From positions 372,001-436,000 of the forward strand of contig JAPDFW010000147.1 in NCBI GenBank assembly GCA_028826165.1: a DNA stretch of 64,000 nt, in the 5' to 3' direction. Shown here piece after piece: positions 48,614 to 60,491 of the stretch; positions within the stretch are counted from its first letter, which is position 1; each line of letters opens with the position of its first letter. The translations under genes were made by a program, and so were the position numbers. The stretch comes from Anaeramoeba ignava BMAN. Taxonomy: Eukaryota > Protista > Anaeramoebae. The notes beneath the pieces were generated by a model. The model was not told the origin of the DNA, did not search any database, and worked only from the letters and a program-made list of their open reading frames with translations.

Positions 48614-49234
48614 GATTAAAATCAAATCAAAAAAAAAAATGAAGTTGTAATTTTCTCACGAATTTCTTTTGAATTTTTTTTTGCCTTCTTTCTTCTTTTT
48701 GGGTTTTTTTTTTTTGATCTTTGAATTTGTTTCATCAAATTTTTTTTTTTTTAGGGATTTAATAAGAAAAATCAAATTAAAATTATTAAATAATCAATCA
48801 TTTATTAATTTATTTTTTCGATACTCCAAAAAAAATAATTTGTTTCTAATATATAAAATAGAAAGAGAAACTTTTTTTCAATTAAATAAAAAAATTTTTT
48901 TTTCCTTTTAAAATTAACTAAAAAATTATTTTAAAAAATCATTTTAAAATTTTTTCATTTCCAAAAATATCTCACCCCTAATCTAGTAAAATCTTTTTAA
49001 TTTTTTTGACATTTAGTTTATTTCAATTTTTGATGAAATGAAAATAAACTAATTAAATTTTTCTTTTCTTTTCCAAAATAAAAATTCTGATCTAATTTTT
49101 AATTTTAATAAAATTAATTTTAAAAAAGAAACAAAACTCATCTTTTCTTTTAAAATAATTTTTGTGGAAATTTATTTTTTTTTATTATTAAATTCTTTCA
49201 AAGTTTTTAAAATTTTTTTTAGATTTTTCTTTTA

Positions 49235-50100
49235 ATCAATTTCAATCTTAAAATCAATCAATGCCAAATCAATCAATAAATCAATCCAATCTTAAAAATC
49301 AATCAATTAAAATCAATCAATCAATCAATCAATTAATCTTAAAAAATCAATCAATAAATCAATCAATCAATCAATAAATCAACCAATAAATCAATCAATT
49401 CAATCAATCAATAAATCAAATCAATCCAATCTACTAATCAATCAAATTTTAAAATCACCAATAAACTTCCAATTTTAAATTAAATCACCACAAATTACAA
49501 ACAAATTAAAATCACAAATTAATTACCTAATAAAATTGGCCAAATCAATCAAATCATTAAAATCAATCAATCAATTAAAATCCAATTGACCAAATCAATT
49601 GTCCAAATCAATAATAAATTTAAATCAATTACCAATCACTAATTCAATCAATGCCCCAAAATCAATAAATCTAATAAACAAATTGTCAATGTCAATCAAT
49701 CAATAAAATCAATATCAATAATTAATCAAATGTCAAAATCTAAAAATCAATCAATTTTAAAATAAATGTCCACTACAAAATCAATTGATAAATTACCAAA
49801 ATTGGAAATTCAATCAATCAATCACCACCACCAATCAATTAAAATTAATAAATTAAATAATCAATCAATAAAAATCAAAAATCAATCAATCAATTCTAAT
49901 CAATCAATAATAAAATAAAAATCAATTCTTAAAATCAATCAAAATCCAATCAATAATCAATCAATTAATCAATTAATAATTAATCAATTAATCAATCTTA
50001 AAATTAATCAATCAATTAATCAATCAATCAATCAATAAATTAATCAATCAATCAATTAATCAATTAATTAATCAATCAATTAATCAATCAATTAATAAAT
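49235..50100. repeat. Degenerate (AATC)n/(AATCAATT)n satellite
   Basis: tcaa tetramer-rich, irregular, non-coding. Confidence 0.8.
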
Positions 50101-50211
50101 CAAAAGAAAAGAAAAGAAAAATAATTAATTTCGAAAAGGAATGTTTTGGGAATTTATTTGAAAAAAAAAGGAGAATATGAATGAAAAAAAATGGATTAAT
50201 AAATGAACCAA

Positions 50212-50649
50212 TCAATCTTCATCTTCAAAGCAAACAAACCCAATATATCGATTATCAATGCAAACAATAATTTGATCAAAAGTAGCTTGAGTAACACCAC
50301 TCCAAGAAACAGAAGTTCCATCAATTTCAGCATTTGTAAAAACTTGAAGAGAATTTAAATCAAAAAATTCGAAAAATTGATTTGTGAAACCTTGAGCTTG
50401 TTCAAAAGACATCAATCTTGAATGATAAGCTAAATCTTTTTCTAAAAATCCCAATAACATTTCTTTTCCTTTGGTTTCATTTATGTGAATCCAATCAGTT
50501 AAAGGTTTTAAATTATGTCTTTGAAGAAAATCATTAATTTGTTTTTCAACATCATTTTTCTTTGCATTGTGTTCTTCAAGAAAAACATGACCAACTCCAC
50601 AATCTCGAGCTTCAAGTAAATTAATTTTAAAATTATTAAAATTTTCCAT
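50212..50649 (-). CDS. Uncharacterised bacterial-type protein (ARDCG...DLAY...FTN...W..T.ATFD...EDED)
   Basis: Clean intronless 145-aa ORF with no low-complexity tracts. The motif pattern matches my recollection of small bacterial hypothetical proteins ending in EDED; not database-verified. Confidence 0.75.
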   Translation of the reverse strand: MENFNNFKINLLEARDCGVGHVFLEEHNAKKNDVEKQINDFLQRHNLKPLTDWIHINETKGKEMLLGFLEKDLAYHSRLMSFEQAQGFTNQFFEFFDLNSLQVFTNAEIDGTSVSWSGVTQATFDQIIVCIDNRYIGFVCFEDED

Positions 50650-50725
50650 TTAAAAAAAATTCAAAAAGTGAAAAAATAAATTTCATTTTTTTTCTTTTTT
50701 TTTTCTTTTTATTCTTTTTTTAAAA
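50650..50725. promoter_or_regulatory. 76-bp bidirectional promoter
   Basis: Lies between ATG 50649 (-) and ATG 50726 (+); TCACTTTT on the minus strand and TCATTTTT on the plus strand. Confidence 0.55.
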
Positions 50726-53393
50726 ATGACGAAATTCCAATTTAAACCTCAATTTTGGTTTTTATTTTTATTTTTATTATTATTATTATTTTTCCTCTTT
50801 TTATTATATTTAATTTTTCCTCTTTCCTCTTTTTTATTTAATAAAAATAAAAAATAAAGTGAAATTGCTTTAAAATTAGCAATTAATAAAATTTCAATTC
50901 TTATAAATCAAAAAATTATTGAAGAAAGAATTCAACGAAAAATAGTTGAAAGATTATTTCAAGAAAATAAAGAAAATGAAAAAGAAAGAGAATTAAGAAA
51001 TCATGTAGAAAGATTGATTCAGTATCAATTTCAAATTCAAATTCAATTTCAATTTCAATATCAATTTCAAATTCAAATTCAATTTCAATTTCAATTTCAA
51101 TTTCAATTTCAATTTCAATTTCAATTTTAATTTCAAATTCAAATTCAATTTCAATTTCAGTTTCAATTTCAATTTCAGTTTTAATTTCAGTTTTAATTTT
51201 AAATTCAATTTCAATTTCAATTTCAATTTCAATTTCAATTTCAATTTCAATTTCAATTTCAAATTCAATTTCAAATTCAATTTCAATTTCAATTTCAATT
51301 TTAATTTCAATTTCAATTTCAATTTCAATTTTAATTTCAGTTTCAATTTTAAATTCAATTTTAATTTCAGTTTTAATTTTAAATTCAATTTCAATTTCAA
51401 TTTCAATTTCAATTTCAATTTTAATTTCAATTTTAATTTTAATTTCAGTTTTAATTTTAAATTCAATTTCAATTTTAATTTTAAATTCAATTTCAATTTC
51501 AATTTCAATTTCAATTTCAATTTCAATTTCAATTTTAATTTCAATTTCAATTTTAATTTCAATTTCAATTTCAATTTCAATTTTAATTTCAATTTTAATT
51601 TCAATTTCAATTTCAATTTCAATTTCAATTTCAATTCAAATTTCAATTTCAATTTCAAATTCAATTTTAATTTCAAATTCAATTTAAATGCAATAGATTT
51701 GATTTTAATCGAGATTGTCTCGTAAAATTAAAAGATAATTGTGAACAAATTTTAAATAATTTTGAATCATTTACTTCATCTCAAGATTGTCCAGAAAATT
51801 TAAAATTTTCAGTTGCAACAATAATTTATACTTCAAAAAAAATTAAACTTCAAGAATTTACCGAATTAACTAAAGTTCATTTTAAAGCAAAATTTGGATT
51901 ACCTTTTGTTCAACAACATTTAAATTCACCTCATCAAGTTGTGAAGACTGTACAATATGAATTTAAAATTAAAATCAAAATTAAAATTCATTATTAAAAT
52001 TAAAATTAAAATTAAAATTAAAATTAAAATGAAAATTAAAATTAAAATTTTAAATTAAAATTAAAATTAAAATTAAAATTAAAATTTAAAATTAAAATTA
52101 AAATTAAAATTAAAATTCGGATAAAAAATTAAAATTCGGATAAAAAATTAAAATTAAAATTAAAATTAAAATTAAAATTAAAATTAAAATTAAAATTAAA
52201 ATTAAAATTAAAATTAAAATTAAAATTAAAATTAAAATTAAAATTAAAATTAAAATTAAAATTAAAATTAAAATTAAAATTAAAATTAAAATTAAAATCA
52301 AAATTTAAAATTCATTTTAAAATTAAAATTAAAAATTAAAATTAAAATTAAAAGAAAATTAAAAATTAAAATTAAAATTAAAATTAAAATTAAAATTAAA
52401 ATTAAAAATTAAAATTAAAATTAAAATTAAAATTAAAATTAAAATTAAAATTAAAATTAAAATCAGAATTAAAATTAAAATTAAAATTAAAATTAAAATT
52501 AAAATTAAAATTAAAATTAAAATTAAAATTAAAAATAAAATTAAAATTAAAATTAAAATTAAAATTAAAATTAAAATCGGATAAAAAATTAAAATTAAAA
52601 TTAAAATTCATTTTGAAATTAAAATTAATATTAAAATTTAAATTCAAATTCAAATTAAAATTTAAATTCAAAATTAAAATTAAAATTAAAATTCATTTTG
52701 AAAATTAAAATAATTTTTTAGTGCATTTCTAAATTAAAAAAAAAAGAAGTTGATCCTTCAACTATTCTTGAATATTTAAATGGTTTTTATTTTATACTTT
52801 ATCAAAAAAAAAAATAATAATTCTCACAAAAAAAAAATATTTTTTTCCTTCTAAATTTTTTAAAAAAAGAAATTGCAAAATCAATTCAAATTCAATTTAA
52901 TCCACAAGAATCTGTTCCTTATTTAGTAAATATTTTTTATTCTTTTTATTTATTATTTATACTTATTAATATTTTTTTAAGATTGAAGAAATTGAAGAAA
53001 AAAATAAACAAGAAACAGAAAATGATCAAATGGATGGTAAAATAATTTAAAATTTTTATTTAATTCTTTTTGGTTTCAAAACTAATTTTTCAAATTAATT
53101 TTTAATTTTTCTTTTTTTTGAATTAGTAAATTTTTAATTTTTTTCCGATTTTAATATTGAAAAAAAAAAATCTTTCATTTTTAAATATAGATTTTACAAG
53201 GAAATTCAATGATTGAACAAAATGATGATGAAAATGATGATGAAAATGGAAACAAATTATTAGGTTTTAATTTTAATTTTAATTTTAATTTTTAATTTTT
53301 AAAATAAATTTAAATTTAAATTTTTATTTTAAAATAGATCCAACTTCTTCTGATTCTTCAAATAATTTATCATCAGATCAAGATTCAAATTAA
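50726..53393 (+). CDS. IST1-like (ESCRT-III-associated, regulator of Vps4) protein, ~8 exons
   Basis: Spliced translation: FKPQFCEIALKLAINKISIL...RNHVERLIQ...LKDNCEQIL...CPENLKFSVATIIY...FKAKFG...ISKL...EYLNEIAK, matching the Ist1 domain pattern. GT-AG introns include 51022-51696 and ~51950-52721. Not in the ORF track. Downstream exons are less certain. Confidence 0.75.
51025..52705. repeat. Intronic hexamer satellites (AATTTC)n at 51025-51685 and (AAAATT)n at 51965-52705
   Basis: Tandem arrays filling two IST1-like introns. Confidence 0.9.
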
Positions 53394-53470
53394 AAATTTC
53401 AATTTTCTTTTTTTTTATTAATTTTTCTTTTTTTTTTATTAATTTTTCTTTTGATTTTCTAAAAAAAAAT

Positions 53471-56400
53471 TTAAAATTTTAAAGAATTAAACCCAAATAA
53501 AAGTGATTTTGAAATTTGATTAATTGAAGAAGAAGTAATTGAAATACTTTTTTTGATAATTTGAGTCATTTCTTGAATTAAATTAGAAATTTCATCTTGT
53601 TGAAAAAAATGGTGAATTTCTTTTGTATTTTTGATTAAATTTTCATTGATTTTTTCAATTTCATTTTCTTGTTGATTTAAATCAATTTTTGATTTTTTCT
53701 TAAATGAAGTTAATGAAGAAAATTCTTTCACAAAAGATTCAATATCTTGTTTTAAGGAATTAATTTCATTAAAAATGGTTTGAATTTCAGTTTGATTTTG
53801 AATTTCATTTTGAATTAATGAAAATGATTTCAAAATGATAAAAATCCAAGGAATTTCTGTTAAAATAATTGAATTGAAAAAAGTAATTTTCTGTTCAATA
53901 AAACAATCCAAAACAGATTTTGCTTTAAGTTCTTTAAATTGGAGAGACAAAGATTGAATTTTCTGAATAAGATTTTGAGAATCAATTTTTTCATTCAAAT
54001 TTTCGTTTAAATTCTTAGTCAATTTTACTAATTGAACAAAAATTTCAATTAAAGAAGTGATATTTTCCCAACCATTTTCATTCAATAATTCTTGGTTTGT
54101 ATAAAATTTATGGTTCTTTTTAATTTCCGTATTTAGTTGTTTCAATAAAGATGAATTTTTTTCCATTTGATTAATTGAATTTTCTGATGTAAATAATAAT
54201 GGTTTCTCGTGTTGTGCAAGAATTTGATAATTAGTTTCAAATAAAAACTGTAAAAACCATAAAAGAGTTTTCTCTCTTCTTAGTTTTTCTTTTGGATTAA
54301 CTGAGTAAAAACTTCCGTAAAGTAATTCTTGAAATGGAATTTGTTGCTTTTCTGAATTAAAAATGGAAATCACATTCATATTCTGATTCATTGATAACTT
54401 GCTATCATCTTCATCAGAAATCATTTTCTTCTCGAAATGACGGATATTCAGCGATAATACTTTGTGGAGTTCTTGGCTATTGGAGCAAAATGAGGAAATA
54501 TTAGAAAGAAAGTTGATTACCAATGAAGACATAAATTGGAATGAAGTTGACAATCTTAAATGAAATTTATAAAATTCCTCAATTTTGGAAAATGTTCCCA
54601 CTTTAAAGCATTGAAAAATATTATCTGGAACTTCTACCATTGATCCATATTGCATTTTCCTCATTTCTTCCAATTCTTCATTGAAAAATTTTACGTTTCC
54701 CAATTGCAAATAATCTCTGAGATAGAAGTGAGACATTGTATCATAAAGAATATTTTTAATCTCCAATTTTTCAATCAAATTCGGATCAATAACACCAATA
54801 AGTATAAAGCATCTCAATAACCAAATTATAATCTGAAAGTTCCAAGGACTTTTCTTCACTCCTTTAAAAAGTATCAAAATGGCTTGATAAATGTATTTAT
54901 AATCTTGTGAATTAATGAAACAATCAATAAAATAATGTGCAGATAATAAAAGTAATTCATCACCAAAATGCCTTTCAGTATCTTCAAGTTGGAGAGGGTA
55001 TTCCAATGCTTTCAGGTATTCTTTGAATAAATCAACTCCTTTTTGATATAATATTGATATTATTTCTTCTTTTTCTTTTTCGTTTTCTTGATAAGAAGAA
55101 ATTCTTTGGATTTTCTCCAATAATGTTTTGTAATTTAAAATGGTTTGAATTTTTTGGTGAAATTGTTCCTGTTCCTTGCTTAATTCATTTCCTTTGTTCT
55201 TTTTTTGCGGTGCATCTTTTGTTTTTGGTTGATTTGTGTTTGTTTGTTTGGATTGATTTTTATTTTTTTTCTTTCCTCGAGCTTTTCCTTTTCCTTTGCC
55301 CTTTCCTTTTCCTTTTCCTTTTTTCTTTCTATTTTGTTGTTGCTGTTTTTGTTTTTGTTTTTCATTTGATTTCTCATTTTAAATTTTCATTTGATTTCTC
55401 ATTTGAATTTTCATTTGATTTCTCATTTAAATTTTCATTTGATTTCTCATTTGATTTCTCATTTGGTTTCTCATTTGGTTCTTTTTTTTCTAAATTGGCA
55501 ATTTTTAATTCAACTATTTTTGAAATTTCTTCAACATTTTTCTTGAATTTTTCTTCATTTAAAGATAAAATTTCTAGAACTGAATGTAAATCTTTAAAAC
55601 AACTATTCTTATGTCCAAAATAATCAATAAATTGATTTAAATATTGAAATAATTCATCTTGGTCTTGATCATTTTCTTTGATTTTTCTTTGAATTAACTC
55701 AGTTTCAAATTTCATTCTTGCTAGAAATGGACCTCTTCTAAAATATTAAGAAAAATCAATAAAGAAAAGAGGAAATTAATTTTATAATTAAATTAAATTA
55801 TATTATATTTTGTTTTTGTTTTTGTTTTGATTTAAACTTTTTCTGTTTTGAATTTTGTTCTGTTTCACATAATTTTTGTAAATAATCTCTAAGTGATTTA
55901 ATATTAGTTTCTTTCTCATCTTCTTTTTTTGAAAACATTCCAAAAAAAGATTCAAAAAGAGTTTCATAAGCCAACCAATCATCACTAAATAAAAGGGAAA
56001 AAAAATTAATTATGAATTTTAATTATGAATTTTAATTGTAATTATTTACGAATTTTTTTCAATAATTTCTTTTGATATTTTCATTGCATTTTCAAATTGT
56101 TGATCTTGAATCATAAATTTAATAGTTAATCTTTGACGATCTAATTCCATTTTAAGACTTTCTCCAAATTCTCCATTAAGTAATTCAATTGCTTTTTTTG
56201 GTTTTTTTTGGGTTTCAAATAAATCAAGAATAACTCTTAAAGCTTTCAAAAAAAAAAACAGAAAATATTTTTGAATTAAATTTTTGGATTAAATTTTTGA
56301 ATTAAATTTTTGAATTAAATTTTTGAATTAAATTTTTGAATTAAATTTTTGAATTAAAGTTTTGAATTAAATTTTTGATTAAATTTAATTTTTTACTTTC

Positions 56401-57203
56401 AGCATAATGATCTTTTGAACCTTCTTTAAAATATTTAGATATCATTGCTTCAGAAAGTGGAAGTAAACGTTGATCATTAAGAATTTTGATACAAATTGCA
56501 TTCCAAACTGTGTAAATTGGACTTTTTGTTTCTTTATAAAGAGAAATGCATAACTTTTATTTTTTTAAAACAATTTGAATTTTAATTTTAATTTTCAAAA
56601 TGAATTTTAATTTTAATTTTAATTTTAATTTTAATTTTAATTTTAATTTTAATTTTAATTTTAATTTTAATTTTAATTTTAATTTTAATTTTAATTTTAA
56701 TTTTATAAATGAATTTTAATTTTATAAATGAATTTTAATTTTATAAATGAATTTTGATTATAAATAAAAATTGAAATTACTTGTTGCATTTTTGCAAAAT
56801 CAAATTCACGAGTATAACAAGCAAATAATTTTAACATTGAAGCAGGAGAAGGAACTTTTTCATTTTTATTTTCTAATTCTTGCATTTGTGTCAATTTATT
56901 AAAAAATTGAAGAGTTTTATAAACATGAGAAACATAATAAACAGTAGCTTCATCAAGACTTGGTAATTCCAAAAGAGAATCACAAATATTAACAGCTGCT
57001 TGAAAATCTCCCATTTTTTGATACAAAATTGCTCTTAAAGATCTTAAAACTGGTGAAGTTCCTGATATTTTTTCTGATTTATCAATTAATTTATTCGCTT
57101 GTTTTAATGAATCATGATTTAATGCATCAAGAATTGCATCAATTTTAATTGGTTGTGTTTGTTGATTTTTTTTTTTTAAATTTGTTATTCTTTTTGGTGG
57201 CAT
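53471..57203 (-). CDS. NAA25: N-terminal acetyltransferase B auxiliary subunit (NAA25/MDM20), multi-exon, one 1-nt frameshift ~55378
   Basis: ILDALN...KQANKLIDK, LFACYTREFDFAKMQQ, RRGPFLA, YFGHKNSCFKDL, GDELLLLSAHYF, SPWNFQIIIWL and LEIKNILYDTMSH match NatB_MDM20 motifs. Confidence 0.85.
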
Positions 57204-57274
57204 TTTTATTTATTTATTTATTTAATTTTGAAAGGAAAAAAATGAAAAATAAAAATTTGAAAAAAAAAATTTTT

Positions 57275-57690
57275 TTTGATTGTTTTTGTTTTTGATTTAA
57301 TTTTTGTTTTTGTTTTTGATTTTGTTTTTGTTTTTGTTTTTGTTTTTGATTTTGATTTTGTTTTTGATTTTTGTTTTTTTTTTTGTTTTTGTTTTTTTTT
57401 TTTTTTTAATTTTTGTTTTTGATTTTGATTTAATTTTTGTTTTTGATTTTGTTTTTGTTTTTGTTTTTGTTTTTGTTTTTGATTTTGATTTTGTTTTTGA
57501 TTTTGTTTTTGATTTTGTTTTTGTTTTTGTTTTTGTTTTTAATTTTGTTTTTGATTTTGATTTAATTTTTGTTTTTGATTTTGTTTTTGTTTTAATTTTT
57601 GTTTTTGTTTTTGTTTTTGTTTTTGATTTTGATTTTGATTTTGTTTTTGATTTTGTTTTTGTTTTTGATTTTGTTTTTGATTTTGTTTTT
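57275..57690. repeat. Intergenic (AAAAAC/AAAATC)n satellite
   Basis: ttttgt/ttttga tandem array between the RFC stop and the NAA25 start. Confidence 0.88.
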
Positions 57691-60399
57691 TTAATTGTTT
57701 TCTAAATTCATTTCTTCATTTGTTGCTAATTCTCTTGCTTGTTGAAAACATGCAACTAATGATGATAATTGAATTTTATCACTGCAACCTTTTGTTATTC
57801 TTGTTTCAATATCTGCTAATTTCATTAAAATGTATATCATTGATTTTTGTGGAAAATCAATACTTAAACAATAAAAATGAATTTCTCTAAGAATATCAAG
57901 AAGAGATATTCCTTTTTGAATAATAAAATTTTGAATATCTATTTTTTATCCGATTTTAATTTTAATTTTTAAATTTAATTTTAATTTTATTTTTAATTTT
58001 AATTTTAATTTTAATTTAAATTTTAATTTAAATTTTAATTTAATTTTAATTTTTAATTTTTAATTTTTAATTTTGATTTTGATTTTAATTTTAATTTTAA
58101 TTTTAATTTTAATTTTAATTTTAATTTTAATTTTGATTTTAATTTTAATTTTAATTTTAATTTTAATTTTAATTTTAATTTTAATTTTGATTTTAATTTT
58201 AATTTTAATTTTAATTTTAATTTTAATTTTAATTTTCAAAATGAATTTTAATTTTTAATTTTGATTTTAATTTTGATTTTAATTTTGATTTTAATTTTGG
58301 GATTTTAATTTTAATTTTGATTTTAATTTTAATTTTAATTTTTTTAATTTTAATTTTAATTTTTAATTTTAATTTTAATTTTAATTTTAATTTTAATTTT
58401 AATTTTAATTTTAATTTTAATTTTAATTTTAATTTTAATTTTGATTTTAATTTTAATTTTAATTTTAATCATAAATAATAATCTACGTTGATAAGCAAAT
58501 TCAAAATCATCTTTTAATAAAATTTGAGTTATTTCTTCAATATCTTTTAAATCAGGATTTCCTGTACAACGATAAACAACTTCTTCAGAAATTTGAGTTG
58601 TTGTCATTGATACAGATTGAAGAATATTAATAGCTTTTCTCATATCTCCACTTGCTAATCTAACAACAGCATTTATTCCATCTTCTTCAACTTTCAAACT
58701 TTAAAAAATAAATTGATAAATAATTTTTAATTCATTTTAGTTTTTTCATTCACTAACTTTTCTTGTTTAATTATATATTCAATTCTTTCTTTAATAAATT
58801 TATTATCAAGTGGTGCAAATCTAAATTTTGTGCATCTGGATTGAATTGCTTGAATTATATTATTAATATTATTGCAAATCAAACAAAATCTCACATTTTT
58901 TGTGAATTGTTCAATAACTAATTTTTTAAAACCAAATATTATTTATATTTATATTTCAATTTTGAATTTAATTTTGATTTTAATTTTGATTTTGATTTTG
59001 ATTTTGATTTTGATTTTCATTTTAATTTTAATTTTAATTTTAATTTTGATTTTGATTTTAATTTTAATTTTGATTTTGATTTTCATTCTGAATTATAATT
59101 TTAATTTTAATTTTAATTTTGATTTTGATTTTAATTTTAATTTTGATTTAGATTTTGATTTTGATTTTCATTCTGAATTTTTAACCTCTTCTTAATGCTG
59201 TTTGTGCATCATTTGTCATTGAATCAGCTTCATCAAGTATAATAAGTTTAAATTGATTTGTAAAAATATTTTTTGTACTTGCGAAATTTTTAATATCTTC
59301 ACGAACAACAGAAATACCACGATCATCTGAAGCATTAAGTTCTAAAACCATTGTTCCATAATTTTTTTGATACATTTGATGAGCGCAAGCAATTATTGTT
59401 GAAGTCTTAAATTATATAAAATTGTTTTTGAATTAAAATTGTTGTTAAATTAAAATTGTTTGAATTAAAATTGTTTTTGAATTAAAATTGTTGAATTAAA
59501 ATTGTTGAATTAAAATTGTTGAATTAAAATTTTTAAATTAAAGTTTTTGAATTAAAATTTTTAAATTAAAATTGTTGAATTAAAATTGTTTTAATTAAAA
59601 TTGTTAAATTAAAATTGTGTTTGAATTAAAAGTTTTTGAATTAAAATTGTGTTTGAATTAAAAGTTTTTGAATTAAAGTTTTTGAATTAAAATTGTTTGA
59701 ATTAAAATTGTTGAATTAAAATTGTTGAATTAAAATTGTGTTTGAATTAAAATTGTTAAATTAAAATTGTTTTTGAATTAAAATTGTTTAATTAAAGTTT
59801 TTGAATTAAAGTTTTTGAATTAAAATTGTTGAATTAAAGTTGTTGAATTAAAATTGTTGAATTAAAATTGTTGAATTAAAATTGTTTCAATTAAAATTGT
59901 TTTTGAATTAAAATTGTTAAATTAAAATTGTTGAATTAAAATTGTTTGAATTAAAATTGTTTCAATTAAAATTTTTAAATTAAAATGTTTTTTTTTTCTT
60001 TGTTTATAAACTTTTCCAGTTCCTGGTGGTCCATAAAACCTTTAGTAGTTTTATTTTTTTTAATTTCAAATTGTTAAGTTAAAAATTTATTATATATTGC
60101 TTTAAAATTATCATCTTAAAAATTACAATAAATGTGGAAAACAATCTTCATCAATTAATCTTTGAACTTTTTTTTTCAATTAAATTTTTTAATTAAATTT
60201 TTAATTAAATTTTTAATTAAATTTTTAATTAATTTTTAAATTAATTAACGTTCTTTTTTTTTGAATTGATTTGGTTTTTTTGTAAATAATTACTTGTTGA
60301 AATTATATGTTCATGAGAAGATATACTATTAAGATTTGTAGGTCGATATTTTTCAACCCACATTAAATTTGTTTTTTTTGTTGAATTAACATCAATCAT
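57691..60399 (-). CDS. RFC5: Replication factor C small subunit (RFC5 / yeast Rfc3 type), ~7 exons including a 28-nt micro-exon at 60039-60012
   Basis: [80 protein letters not shown] and KIQLSSLV motifs across GT-AG exons. Confidence 0.93.
59410..59990. repeat. 14-16-bp intronic minisatellite (GAATTAAAATTGTT)n
   Basis: Tandem array in the RFC5 intron immediately after the Walker A lysine. Confidence 0.88.
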
Positions 60400-60491
60400 T
60401 TTTTTTTTAATAATAATTAATTTTAAATGAAAAAAATGAAAAAATGAAAATTAAAAAAAATGATAAAAAAATTTTATTAAATTCTTTCATT

